This document shows, piece after piece, positions 17,042 through 25,756 of a stretch of 44,452 nt of DNA. Within the stretch, counting starts at the first letter, position 1. Each line of letters opens with the position of its first letter. Position numbers and translations under genes: made by a program. Under the pieces are notes generated by a model, which ran no database searches, was not told the origin of the DNA, and saw nothing but the letters and a program-made list of their open reading frames with translations. The stretch spans positions 1 through 44,452 of the forward strand of contig MFIK01000037.1 of NCBI GenBank assembly GCA_001778875.1. The letters run 5' to 3'. Source of the DNA: Candidatus Giovannonibacteria bacterium RIFCSPLOWO2_02_FULL_43_54. Lineage in GTDB: Bacteria; Patescibacteriota; Minisyncoccia; UBA11713; 2-01-FULL-45-33.

Positions 17042-17142
17042 CAAATCAAGGAATTTTGGATTGCCTTGCGAGCTCGACGGAGCGAACACGAGGAATTTTT
17101 TGGCAGAAAAATATCCGTGCAATCCAAAATTCTCTTGATTTG
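17042..17142. repeat. 23/24-nt inverted repeat with 54-nt spacer between holB and frr
   Basis: caaatcaaggaattttggattgc (17042-17064) pairs with gcaatccaaaattctcttgatttg (17119-17142). There is one bulged nucleotide and no U-tract. Confidence 0.8.
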
Positions 17143-17162
17143 ATCGAATATAAATAAAAACC

Positions 17163-17714
17163 ATGATAAATTTTATCGAAGAAGAAAAAGAATTTAAAAA
17201 GATACTCGATCACTTTACCGAGGAGTTAAAAGTTATCCGCACGGGCCGGTCTCATGCGTCGCTTGTTGAAAATATTATGGTAGATTCGTATGGCGCGCAA
17301 ATGCCATTGTCACATGTCTCGGCTATATCCACTCCCGATCCGAAAAGCATAATTGTTAAGCCGTGGGACAAATCAATGCTTCCCGCGATCGAATCGGCGC
17401 TCCAAAAATCCAATCTGGGATTTTCCATCATTGCCGAGGCCGGCCAAGTAAGGCTTACTCTGCCGCCATTGAACGAAGAAAGAAGAAAGGAATTTGTTAA
17501 GCTGGTAGGAAAAAAAATGGAGGATGCGAAAATCTCGCTTCGCAAAAGGCGAGATGACATCAGAAAAACCATTCTGGATGAAGAGCGCGCGAAAACCATA
17601 TCGGAGGATCAAAAATTCTCGCAAAACGAAAAGATGGAAAAAATGACCGAGGAATTCAATAAAAAGATAGAAGATGTGTCCGCGAAAAAGGAGAAAGAGC
17701 TGATGGAGGTTTAA
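17163..17714 (+). CDS. frr: ribosome recycling factor
   Basis: 183 aa with LKVIRTGRSHASLVENIMVDSYG and PPLNEERRKEFVK. Confidence 0.95.
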   Translation: MINFIEEEKEFKKILDHFTEELKVIRTGRSHASLVENIMVDSYGAQMPLSHVSAISTPDPKSIIVKPWDKSMLPAIESALQKSNLGFSIIAEAGQVRLTLPPLNEERRKEFVKLVGKKMEDAKISLRKRRDDIRKTILDEERAKTISEDQKFSQNEKMEKMTEEFNKKIEDVSAKKEKELMEV

Positions 17715-17757
17715 TGTTTAAATGATTGATAGCTATGGCGATGAAATGCGTTTTTTC

Positions 17758-19584
17758 CTAATTTTTCAGTACCACAAATCCCGGGCTTCCGTCTATACGG
17801 AGGTTCGGGATTTTTTCTTTAAGCGTTTCATAGATCGTAGGTCTGGATTCGACGGGAATTATTGTGCAAGGTGCACTACAGTCTATTTTATCAAATTCGG
17901 CGCTTCCAAAATAATAAATATTTTTTTCTTTTTGTTTATTTTCAAAATAGGTATCGGTAATAAAAATAATAGGCGCGAATGAAAGCGGGCGTCCGGTTAA
18001 ATCCACTGCGTCCGCGCTATTCGTTACGACGTATTTTTTAATAGATGATGGCTCATTGTTTAACCAATGAGCCATTTTTGTTTCGTTGCCCAAAAAAGAA
18101 TCATAAACTTCGGGATTCGGCGCCCAGCGGAAAAAATATTGGTTAAAAACGTTTGACGCCGCGGCGATAAAAAAAACGAACAAAACTATTTTGAGTTCTT
18201 TGTGGATACGGTGAATCTGTTTTTTGTGTTCAGGGAAATCAATTTCCCATTCTTCAAATTTCATATTTATACGGCCAATAAGGAATTCGAGGCCTAGTGC
18301 CGCGAAGATCATTGCGGGAGGAATAAGCACTATCGCGCGCAAGGCGTGAGGCAAGCCCTCGGAGGACATTATGACCGGGAGCATCATAACCGAAAACCAG
18401 AGCAAAATAAAATTGGAAGCGCTGCGCGGGAAAACACCCGGTGTTTTTTGGGATTTAACACCGGGTGTTGAGGAGCGCAGCGCTCTCCAAATTCCTATTA
18501 AAAATAAAATACCGACTGGCCACCAGAGCTGGGAGGAGCCGGCATAATTGTGCCTCCAGTTAAAGTCGCCAAAAAAGTTGAACATTTGGGCGGTTTTTAA
18601 AACATTCTCGGAAAATTGGCCCAAAGGCTGTGGCGAGGAAAAAATCGAAATACTTGAGGTCCGACCGAAAAAATCTGCCGGATTTTGCGCGTAATAAATC
18701 AAAAGGGGAGAGGCGGCAACAAGCGCCATAAAAATAAATAGAACGATCAGACACGGCGCGCAGATGCCGTCTTTTAACTTTTCTTCGCGATACTGCTTAT
18801 AAAAGATCCACAACGGATAAAGTGCAATCAGCGGAGCGATACGAAACGCAATGTAGGTGTGGAAGCCGAGGCCTAGTAGCAACCCACCAAGCGAAAAAAG
18901 GAGGGTTGCTGAAATCCGAAATCCCAAATCCGAAATCCCAAACAAATTCCAATTTCCGAAATTCAAAATTCCAAACCGTTTCCGATTTTGGTCATTGGGA
19001 TTTGGGTATTGTTTAGGATTTAGTGCTTGGGATTTAGGATTTTTGTGAGTCAGAAATGCGCTATCAGGCAGTGAAATCCTCATACCACGAAATAAAAAAT
19101 AGAATGCCAATACTAATAATAGCGGGGCCATTATCGCCCGGAAGCCCATTCTGGAAAAAATAATATGCCAAAACGAAGTTGCAAGAAAAAACGACGTAAA
19201 AAGCGCGATTCGTTTATTCGAACTAGATTCGCTATTCGCTGATAATCTAAATAATTCCCTCGTCATCAAATACAAACCCAAAACGGTCAAAATTCCGAAT
19301 ATCGCGGAGGGCAGCCGCAAAACCCACGGCTCATGCCCCAGAAATTTTACGAAAATTGCCTGGATATTTATAAACAAACCTTCTCTGCCGAAATTTTCCG
19401 GATAATAAACTTTCCAGTCACTCCCTTCCAGCGCCTGTATCGTATTTACCCCGTTCATCGCCTCGTCAGACCAAAGCCCCGGAGGAGCTGCTTTTAAATC
19501 ATAGAGGCGCAGAAAAATTGCTATAAAAATAATTAGCGCAATCCACAGCGAAGCCTTGTTTTTCTTCATGCTATATTCTATCAT
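17758..19584 (-). CDS. GT-C fold glycosyltransferase, family 39 (ArnT/PMT-like)
   Basis: About 12 TM helices with an N-terminal DE motif loop (GLWSDEAMNG). It carries two in-frame hairpin segments. An alternative start is the ATG at 19569 (MKKNKASLW). Confidence 0.8.
   Translation of the reverse strand: MIEYSMKKNKASLWIALIIFIAIFLRLYDLKAAPPGLWSDEAMNGVNTIQALEGSDWKVYYPENFGREGLFINIQAIFVKFLGHEPWVLRLPSAIFGILTVLGLYLMTRELFRLSANSESSSNKRIALFTSFFLATSFWHIIFSRMGFRAIMAPLLLVLAFYFLFRGMRISLPDSAFLTHKNPKSQALNPKQYPNPNDQNRKRFGILNFGNWNLFGISDLGFRISATLLFSLGGLLLGLGFHTYIAFRIAPLIALYPLWIFYKQYREEKLKDGICAPCLIVLFIFMALVAASPLLIYYAQNPADFFGRTSSISIFSSPQPLGQFSENVLKTAQMFNFFGDFNWRHNYAGSSQLWWPVGILFLIGIWRALRSSTPGVKSQKTPGVFPRSASNFILLWFSVMMLPVIMSSEGLPHALRAIVLIPPAMIFAALGLEFLIGRINMKFEEWEIDFPEHKKQIHRIHKELKIVLFVFFIAAASNVFNQYFFRWAPNPEVYDSFLGNETKMAHWLNNEPSSIKKYVVTNSADAVDLTGRPLSFAPIIFITDTYFENKQKEKNIYYFGSAEFDKIDCSAPCTIIPVESRPTIYETLKEKIPNLRIDGSPGFVVLKN
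18421..18481. repeat. 61-nt double-hairpin segment inside the GT39 gene
   Basis: The outer stem gctgcgc/gcgcagc encloses two hairpins, aaaacacc-c-ggtgtttt and aacacc-g-ggtgtt. It encodes LRSSTPGVKSQKTPGVFPRSAS. Confidence 0.8.
18911..19045 (-). repeat. palindromic repeat family, copy C: 135 nt (45 codons) in frame inside the GT39 gene
   Basis: The minus strand reads aaaaatcctaaatcccaagcactaaatcctaaacaataccc...gggatttcggatttgggatttcggatttc, an imperfect palindrome related to copies A and B. It is translated as KNPKSQALNPKQYPNPNDQNRKRFGILNFGNWNLFGISDLGFRIS. Confidence 0.8.
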
Positions 19585-19593
19585 AAAATCACT

Positions 19594-21258
19594 ATGGAAG
19601 AATCGCCAAAAGGCATTAACGAATGGGAAAAGGCATCCGACGAGGAGCGCTGGAAAATGCTGAACCCGGATAGCGGCGCCTCAAAGGCGGAAAACAAACC
19701 GCCAGAGCCGAAAGCATCCGAACCGGAAAGCAAGAATCAATATGACGCCGTTTTTTCTGCAAGGAGAGAGGCGGAAGAGGAGAGTAAGCCGGCCGGTAAA
19801 ATGCCCGAGCCGGAAAGCTCCGCGCCTAAAGAAGCGGAACCCAAAATAACTTCTCAAGTGAGTCCTGAAGACCGCATGGCTCAAATTGACGCGAGAACCC
19901 AGGAAATTGCCAAGGAAATCAGATTGCTTGATAAATCAAGCGCCGATTTTCGCCAAAAATCGGAAGAATACGAATTTTTGCGAAAAGAATATAACGATTT
20001 ATATCCGAAAACGGAAGATGATTTGAAATTTATGGATAATGCCAAAAACCCATATAACTATATGTCGATGTCTCCGGAGGAAAAAACAAAGCTTTATAAA
20101 ATTCAGACCGAAGTCGCCAGAGGAAAAGAATCAAAAGGGAAAACTATTGCAAGCCCCGAGGCAATAGAAAACTTTGTCCCGGCTGAAGACCGCGTTAGAA
20201 GTTTAAAAGAAAACATGGTTGTCGGTGCTCGCAACAAAGACACGGAAGATTTTCTTAAGATGATAGCTGAACCGTACGAAAGAGTCGGTAAAATGAAAGA
20301 AGACAAAAGCGGGAAAACTTTTTTGGAAAAAGCAAAAGAAGTTGTTTCCCGCGGAAAAGAATGGATTACAAAGCCGTCTTTGTTGCGCGAAAGATTGTTG
20401 GGTATCGCAACGGCCGGAATTTGGGATATACACCAAGCGGACAAATTCCGCAGAGGCAAGAAAAAAACTGGAAAAGAACTGGCGGAAGTGGCGAAAGAAA
20501 TACAGTCCAGGCGCGGTTTGTTGACTTATCCGGAAGCATTTGAACTGCACAATAAGCTTGCCGCAGGTGAAAAGCTGGGGGAAAGCGTTACCCGGGAAAA
20601 AATTGATAAAATTGCTTGCGAGATAAAACGCGAGCGGAATTTAAAATATATCAACGCGGTATTGCAATACGCAGATCACGCCTTACAGGAACGTTTAAAA
20701 GGTTATAGCGATGCTAAGGGAACACAGCTCCAGCTTGACCCGGAAAGAAGGCGCGCAATGCTGGGAGAACTTGGTAAAAAACTTGTGGCTATGCAAGATA
20801 GTCCAAAATCAGCAGATGCTAAAGAATTTTCTAAAATTATCAAAGATAATCTTAATCCGAAATATTGGACAAGGTATGCGTATGGCGGTTTGGAAGCCGC
20901 GCTTTGGGCTGTTGGTATTTGGTGGTATACGTCAGGTTCAGAATCGGCTTTGGTCAAAGGGCCGGTTAAATACATGGCTCCTTCGGGAAGCGAGGGCGCG
21001 CCTTCAAAACTAACTTTAAACGCAGGAGATAATCCATGGAATGCGCTTAAAGAATGGCTGCAGCAAAATGGCATTCCCAATCCTTCCGACATGCAGGTGC
21101 AGGCAACAGATACGATAGTCAGCCATTCGACGGGATATGGCGTTACTCCATGGGATATTGCGGGGTCGCCGCTAGACACACAACTGCCTGTCGGATACGA
21201 GCTTGATGTTTCTGAAGCTGCCAGGCAATTGGAATGGATTAAAAATCTGCACAAGTAA
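19594..21258 (+). CDS. hypothetical 554-aa protein: disordered K/E/P-rich N-terminus, long helical region, one TM near the C-terminus, ~110-aa C-terminal domain
   Basis: No signal peptide. The TM is GGLEAALWAVGIWWY. The C-terminus is rich in G/P/W (GDNPWNALKEWLQQNGIPNP...TPWDIAGSPLD). It is the first gene of the operon ending at the 24641 terminator. Confidence 0.6.
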   Translation: MEESPKGINEWEKASDEERWKMLNPDSGASKAENKPPEPKASEPESKNQYDAVFSARREAEEESKPAGKMPEPESSAPKEAEPKITSQVSPEDRMAQIDARTQEIAKEIRLLDKSSADFRQKSEEYEFLRKEYNDLYPKTEDDLKFMDNAKNPYNYMSMSPEEKTKLYKIQTEVARGKESKGKTIASPEAIENFVPAEDRVRSLKENMVVGARNKDTEDFLKMIAEPYERVGKMKEDKSGKTFLEKAKEVVSRGKEWITKPSLLRERLLGIATAGIWDIHQADKFRRGKKKTGKELAEVAKEIQSRRGLLTYPEAFELHNKLAAGEKLGESVTREKIDKIACEIKRERNLKYINAVLQYADHALQERLKGYSDAKGTQLQLDPERRRAMLGELGKKLVAMQDSPKSADAKEFSKIIKDNLNPKYWTRYAYGGLEAALWAVGIWWYTSGSESALVKGPVKYMAPSGSEGAPSKLTLNAGDNPWNALKEWLQQNGIPNPSDMQVQATDTIVSHSTGYGVTPWDIAGSPLDTQLPVGYELDVSEAARQLEWIKNLHK

Positions 21259-21267
21259 TCGATAAAT

Positions 21268-21555
21268 ATGAATAAAAAAGAAAAACAAAACAGAATAAAA
21301 GAATTGATCGGAAATTCTTTAATACCGAAAGAAGTTAAGCAAATTGTGCTGAAAAATCTCGTTAAATATGACGAAAAAATATTAGACGGCATGCTTGAAT
21401 CGCTTGCGCGCGAGAGCGTTGCCATGAATAAATTGGCTTCGGATTTGATGCGTTTTGACGTTGAATCGCAAAAGCGCTGGGACGACCTCGAAATTGAACA
21501 GTTAAAAGTTGCCGATGATTTTGTCGAGCAGGCTTTCAAAGATTTGACCGGTTAA
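21268..21555 (+). CDS. hypothetical small helical protein
   Basis: 95 aa, starting 9 nt after the previous stop. No motif recognised. Confidence 0.5.
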   Translation: MNKKEKQNRIKELIGNSLIPKEVKQIVLKNLVKYDEKILDGMLESLARESVAMNKLASDLMRFDVESQKRWDDLEIEQLKVADDFVEQAFKDLTG

Positions 21556-21586
21556 AATAGCGCCCGCCATATGCTATTATTTACAT

Positions 21587-21982
21587 ATGGCACAGGAATC
21601 GCTAAATGACGAAATAAAATGGCTTGAAGAACGGCTCTCCGCCAAAAAGACGGAGCTTTTGGAGGCAGGTGAATCCAAAGCCGAAAAAGAAGTCGTAAAA
21701 GACATTTTGAGAGAGACGGCAATTTTGCCGCCTCCGCCTAATTCACAGTCAGCGTCCGCACAAAGCGATGACGCGGCGCTAAAAGCGGCGCATGATTTGG
21801 AGGAAAAAGAACACTCGCAAATCGTTGAAACTCTGGTCGCGGACGCGCTAAAGAACGGAATAATCCACGCGATAAAGATTGCCGAAGCCATGAGAAATCC
21901 GCATTTGCTTGATGATTTTCACGATACTCTGGCGGATAAATATTATCAAAAACTTTTGGAATCGAGAAAGATCAAACAATGA
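21587..21982 (+). CDS. hypothetical small helical protein
   Basis: 131 aa. Its stop overlaps the ATPase start (ATGA at 21979-21982). Confidence 0.5.
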   Translation: MAQESLNDEIKWLEERLSAKKTELLEAGESKAEKEVVKDILRETAILPPPPNSQSASAQSDDAALKAAHDLEEKEHSQIVETLVADALKNGIIHAIKIAEAMRNPHLLDDFHDTLADKYYQKLLESRKIKQ

Positions 21983-24411
21983 CCTCGATTATCGATCTGA
22001 ATACGCTTTTGTTTTACGTCATCTCCGGCTTTTTCGCGGCGTTTGCCCTGTGGCTTGTTTTATTTTTATGGTACTTGAAAGAAAAACGCTCGCGTGACGT
22101 GGGAGGCGGATTGGGTCTCCGGCTTTTTTTGGTTTCAGCACCCGAAGGAATAATCGAAAAAGGCGGGAATATCGAAGAAGCGGTGAAAAATTTTATCTCG
22201 AAAATGGAGCAATTTTTGAGCGGGCTTTATTCAATAAAGAAAGAAGGGTTTTCTTCCAAACTTTGGAAAGGGCCTCTATTCGCTTTAGAAATTGCCGCGC
22301 ATAACAATGGCAATGAGATATTCTTTTATGTCGCCTTTCCGCGGGTTTATGAAAAACTTTTGGAAAGCAAGCTGCACGGCGCGTTTCCCGAAGCGAAAAT
22401 CGAGGCGGTGCCGGACTACAACATTTTTCATCCCACGGGTGCCACGGCGGGCGCTGTTGTCCTTTCTTCGGAATCGACCATTTTGCCGATAAAAACTTAT
22501 CAGAAATTAAATATCGATCCGCTGGAAACCATCACGGCCCCCTTTTCCAAAGTGGATGAATTCGGCGAGGGCGCCTCGATTCAGATCGTTTTGAGGCCGG
22601 CAGGAGAGGAGATCCAAAAGAGGGCCCATACGGCAGCCAGGCGCTTAAAAGAAGGCGAATCAAGGAAGGATGTTCTTGCAAAAAACAGTTTTTGGGACGA
22701 CCTCAAAAAATTCATGTTCCCTAAAACAGACAAAGAAAAACAAAAGCCGCTCGCGGTGGACGAGGATCTTGCGAAGCTTTTTGAAGAAAAAAGCGGCAAG
22801 GTTATTTTTGAGGCCAATATCAGAATAGTCGCATCCTCAAAAAACACGAATGAGGCGGATGAAATATTAAGAAATATTTCAGGGAGTTTTTCGCAGTATC
22901 AAAATCCGGAGGGCTCAAGCCTGAAAATAAAAGAGCTCGGAGGGAAAGCTTTACGATCCATGATCGAAAAATATTCTTTCCGCCTTTTTGACGAAAAAAA
23001 TAAGATATATCTGAACGTGGAGGAGCTCTCAAGCATTTACCATTTTCCATATTTAAAGCGCGCGGCTTCCCAAGTAAGAATGCTCAAATCGCAGGAATCA
23101 GCGCCTCCGGTGAATGTGCCGAAAGAAGGCATTTCGATAGGCCTATCTAAATACAGGGGCGAAGAGCGCGAGATTAGGATAAAAAAAGATGACCGCAGGC
23201 GGCATTTTTATTCGATCGGGCAGACAGGAACCGGCAAATCAACACTGATGCTAAAGATGATCATTCAAGATATACAAAACGGCGAGGGCATTGCGGTAAT
23301 CGACCCGCATGGGGATCTCATTGATAAAGTTTTGGGGCATATCCCCAAAGAACGAGCGGATGATGTCATTGTGTTTGACCCGGGCGACGTGCCTCATCCT
23401 ATGGGACTCAACATGCTTGAATACGACACTAAGTATCCGGAGCAGAAAAGCCTTATTGTGAATGAACTTTTTGAGATTTTCAATAAGCTTTTCAACATGT
23501 CGGTCGCCGGAGGCCCGATGTTCGAGCAATATTTTAGGAATTCAACCGCGCTAGTTTTGGAAGACCCGGAAAGCGGAAGCACTCTTCTTGAGATTTCTCG
23601 GGTGCTGTCAGATAAAGCTTTCCGCGACCATAAGCTTTCCAAATCAAAAAACATCGTGGTAAATATGTTTTGGCAGCAGATCGCGGAAAAGGCAGGAGGG
23701 GAATCGTCTCTAGCAAATATGGTGCCTTATGTTGTATCAAAAATTGACACATTTTTGTCTAATGAAATTTTGCGCCCTATTATCGCCCAGCAGCATTCCG
23801 CTTTCAATATACGCGACGTAATGGATCGGAAAAAAATTCTTCTACTCAATCTTTCAAAAGGAAAACTTGGCGAGCTCAATTCCAGCTTATTAGGTTTGAT
23901 CATGGTCGGTAAAATTTTGATGGCTGCCTTATCGCGCGTTGACATTCCGGAAGGAGAAAGAAAAGATTTCTATTTATATATTGACGAGTTTCAGAACGTG
24001 ACGACGAAATCCATCGCAACGATACTTTCAGAGGCAAGAAAATATAAATTGAATCTGATAATTACGCACCAATTCATCGGACAGCTGGAGGAGGACATCA
24101 AAAAAGCGGTTTTCGGGAACGTCGGCACATTGACCGCTTTCCGCATCGGCACCGATGACGCCGAATACATTGAAAAGCAATTTGCGCCGACTTTCACCGC
24201 GAAAGACTTGCTCAATATCGATAATCTGAACGCCTACATTAAATTGCTCATAGACGGCCAAACTTCAAAACCATTCAACATGTTCATCCCATTCCCGCCC
24301 AAAGGTAACGATGAAATCGCCGGCTACATAAAAGAGCTCTCCCGCCAAAAATATTCCCGTCCCCGTGAAGAAGTGGAGGAGGAGATAAGAACAAGGCATC
24401 AAGGAGTATAA
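21979..24411 (+). CDS. membrane-anchored FtsK/HerA-superfamily ATPase, type IV secretion coupling-protein (TraD/VirD4)-like
   Basis: N-terminal TM (LLFYVISGFFAAFALWLVLFLWY), Walker A (SIGQTGTGKSTLM...VIDPHGDL), Walker B (FYLYIDEFQNV), and ARKYKLNLIITHQ. Confidence 0.8.
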   Translation: MTSIIDLNTLLFYVISGFFAAFALWLVLFLWYLKEKRSRDVGGGLGLRLFLVSAPEGIIEKGGNIEEAVKNFISKMEQFLSGLYSIKKEGFSSKLWKGPLFALEIAAHNNGNEIFFYVAFPRVYEKLLESKLHGAFPEAKIEAVPDYNIFHPTGATAGAVVLSSESTILPIKTYQKLNIDPLETITAPFSKVDEFGEGASIQIVLRPAGEEIQKRAHTAARRLKEGESRKDVLAKNSFWDDLKKFMFPKTDKEKQKPLAVDEDLAKLFEEKSGKVIFEANIRIVASSKNTNEADEILRNISGSFSQYQNPEGSSLKIKELGGKALRSMIEKYSFRLFDEKNKIYLNVEELSSIYHFPYLKRAASQVRMLKSQESAPPVNVPKEGISIGLSKYRGEEREIRIKKDDRRRHFYSIGQTGTGKSTLMLKMIIQDIQNGEGIAVIDPHGDLIDKVLGHIPKERADDVIVFDPGDVPHPMGLNMLEYDTKYPEQKSLIVNELFEIFNKLFNMSVAGGPMFEQYFRNSTALVLEDPESGSTLLEISRVLSDKAFRDHKLSKSKNIVVNMFWQQIAEKAGGESSLANMVPYVVSKIDTFLSNEILRPIIAQQHSAFNIRDVMDRKKILLLNLSKGKLGELNSSLLGLIMVGKILMAALSRVDIPEGERKDFYLYIDEFQNVTTKSIATILSEARKYKLNLIITHQFIGQLEEDIKKAVFGNVGTLTAFRIGTDDAEYIEKQFAPTFTAKDLLNIDNLNAYIKLLIDGQTSKPFNMFIPFPPKGNDEIAGYIKELSRQKYSRPREEVEEEIRTRHQGV

Positions 24412-24439
24412 TTTAAAATATTACGTTATCCTAAAAAAA

Positions 24440-24643
24440 ATGGACGAAATCACAAAAAGAATGTCAGGCAGTATTTGCGGCCATTGCGGCGGACGGGCGG
24501 ATGATTGGAAATGCCCAAAATGCGGAAAATCATTAAAGCAGTTTGATCCGTTTCATTGGAAAAATTGCACGAAAGGCGGCAAAATGAAAGCTCAATGTAA
24601 CGCCTGCGCCGAAGCCGAAGATAACTGCAAATGCGCAAAATGA
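24440..24643 (+). CDS. Cys-rich small protein (zinc-ribbon-like)
   Basis: 67 aa with 10 Cys arranged as CGHCGG...CPKCG...C...CNAC...CKC. It is the last gene before the terminator. Confidence 0.6.
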   Translation: MDEITKRMSGSICGHCGGRADDWKCPKCGKSLKQFDPFHWKNCTKGGKMKAQCNACAEAEDNCKCAK

Positions 24644-24668
24644 CCTAAACCGAGTTTAGGTCATTTTT
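24641..24668 (+). terminator. rho-independent terminator
   Basis: tgacctaaac-cga-gtttaggtca forms a perfect 10-bp stem, followed by ttttt. It overlaps the stop codon of the Cys-rich gene. Confidence 0.85.
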
Positions 24669-24684
24669 GTGAACCTGATCGAAT

Positions 24685-24984
24685 TTAGCGAACGCCAACT
24701 TTTCGCTCTAAAACCCTTATGCGTTCTTCGTGTTTTTGATCTTTTATGTTTTCTTTAATTTCCGCAATATCGCCTCCTAAAACGCTGATGGATTTATTGA
24801 TGTCCGCAAATCCCTTTCTCATTTCTTCCCTAAACGGCTTAACTGCGTCATCAATAAGCGGCTTTACTCTTTCTTCTATTTTTTGCTCCACAATAGCTTC
24901 CACCCCTGGCAATATAACCTGCTCGGTAAATTCTCCCAAATCTTTCATCGTTATTGGTTTCGAGCTTAATCCTTTTTTAACCAT
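24685..24984 (-). CDS. hypothetical coiled-coil protein
   Basis: 99 aa, E/K-rich, heptad-like. No family recognised. Confidence 0.5.
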   Translation of the reverse strand: MVKKGLSSKPITMKDLGEFTEQVILPGVEAIVEQKIEERVKPLIDDAVKPFREEMRKGFADINKSISVLGGDIAEIKENIKDQKHEERIRVLERKVGVR

Positions 24985-25055
24985 ATATTTAGCTTATTCC
25001 TCCAAAAGACCGTCGTCAATATTGTAAATATGCGGGAAAATTGCTAAATTGGGTT

Positions 25056-25751
25056 ATGCTCGAACAAATGCCAAGAACTGAATTAGGAAATATTATCGCA
25101 TCGGACAAAAGAGTCGAAAAACAGCTTGCGTGGGAAAATAAATTGAAGGAATTAGATGAGGTTGGAGATTTGTTGGGAAATGGCTTGGATGAGCATATTA
25201 AAGACATAGTCGCCGCTTTTAATTTGAACGGCTTCAACACCAATCAATCATGCGAAGGGCATGATAATAGCGGTTTAGGCGCCCCGTGGGTATCAATTGA
25301 AGCGCCGGACGAGCCAGAAGAGAGGTATGTCGGCGAAAAGGAAGTTTATCAAGACGTTGCGGAACGATACGGAATTACTTTTGAAGATGTTAAAAGAGCC
25401 AATAATGAAGCTGCGTGGGTTGAAGCCATCGAATTAAGCTCAAAAAATGAGGAAACTTCGGAATGCCAAGATTGGAAGAAAGAAAATACAAAATTAAGAA
25501 AGAAAGCCGAAGAACTCGTAGAGGCGTTTTATAAGAACCGAACCATATCAGATACAGCGATGCGTTTAGAATTCGAAAATATCGGCGGAGGCGGTACATT
25601 CAGGGTTCATAATGGCGGAGAAGACTATTTGGATGTGCGAGAAATGACCGAGGCACAAAAAAGTGGTCTTGCGGAACGTCTGCCAAAATACAGAGAAGAA
25701 ATGGAGGCGTTCGGGAAATTTTTAAAAGATAAGTTTTTTAACCGGCAATAA
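25056..25751 (+). CDS. hypothetical protein
   Basis: I prefer the ATG at 25056 (MLEQMPRTELG) to the TTG at 25041. It contains NQSCEGHDNSGLGAPWVSIE and a GGGG turn. No family recognised. Confidence 0.5.
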   Translation: MLEQMPRTELGNIIASDKRVEKQLAWENKLKELDEVGDLLGNGLDEHIKDIVAAFNLNGFNTNQSCEGHDNSGLGAPWVSIEAPDEPEERYVGEKEVYQDVAERYGITFEDVKRANNEAAWVEAIELSSKNEETSECQDWKKENTKLRKKAEELVEAFYKNRTISDTAMRLEFENIGGGGTFRVHNGGEDYLDVREMTEAQKSGLAERLPKYREEMEAFGKFLKDKFFNRQ

Positions 25752-25756
25752 AACCT

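Noticed and set aside
379-19045. CRISPR array interpretation of the repeated aaatcc-type sequences
   Set aside because: The copies are 125-135-nt imperfect palindromes at three dispersed loci. They are not short direct repeats with regular unique spacers, and no cas genes are present.
20703-21539. 278-aa minus-strand ORF antisense to the 554-aa and 95-aa genes
   Set aside because: Its composition is Ser/Cys/Phe-rich and low-complexity, as expected for the reverse frame of a K/E-rich gene. It spans an intergenic gap of the sense operon and has no motif. I treat it as a shadow ORF.
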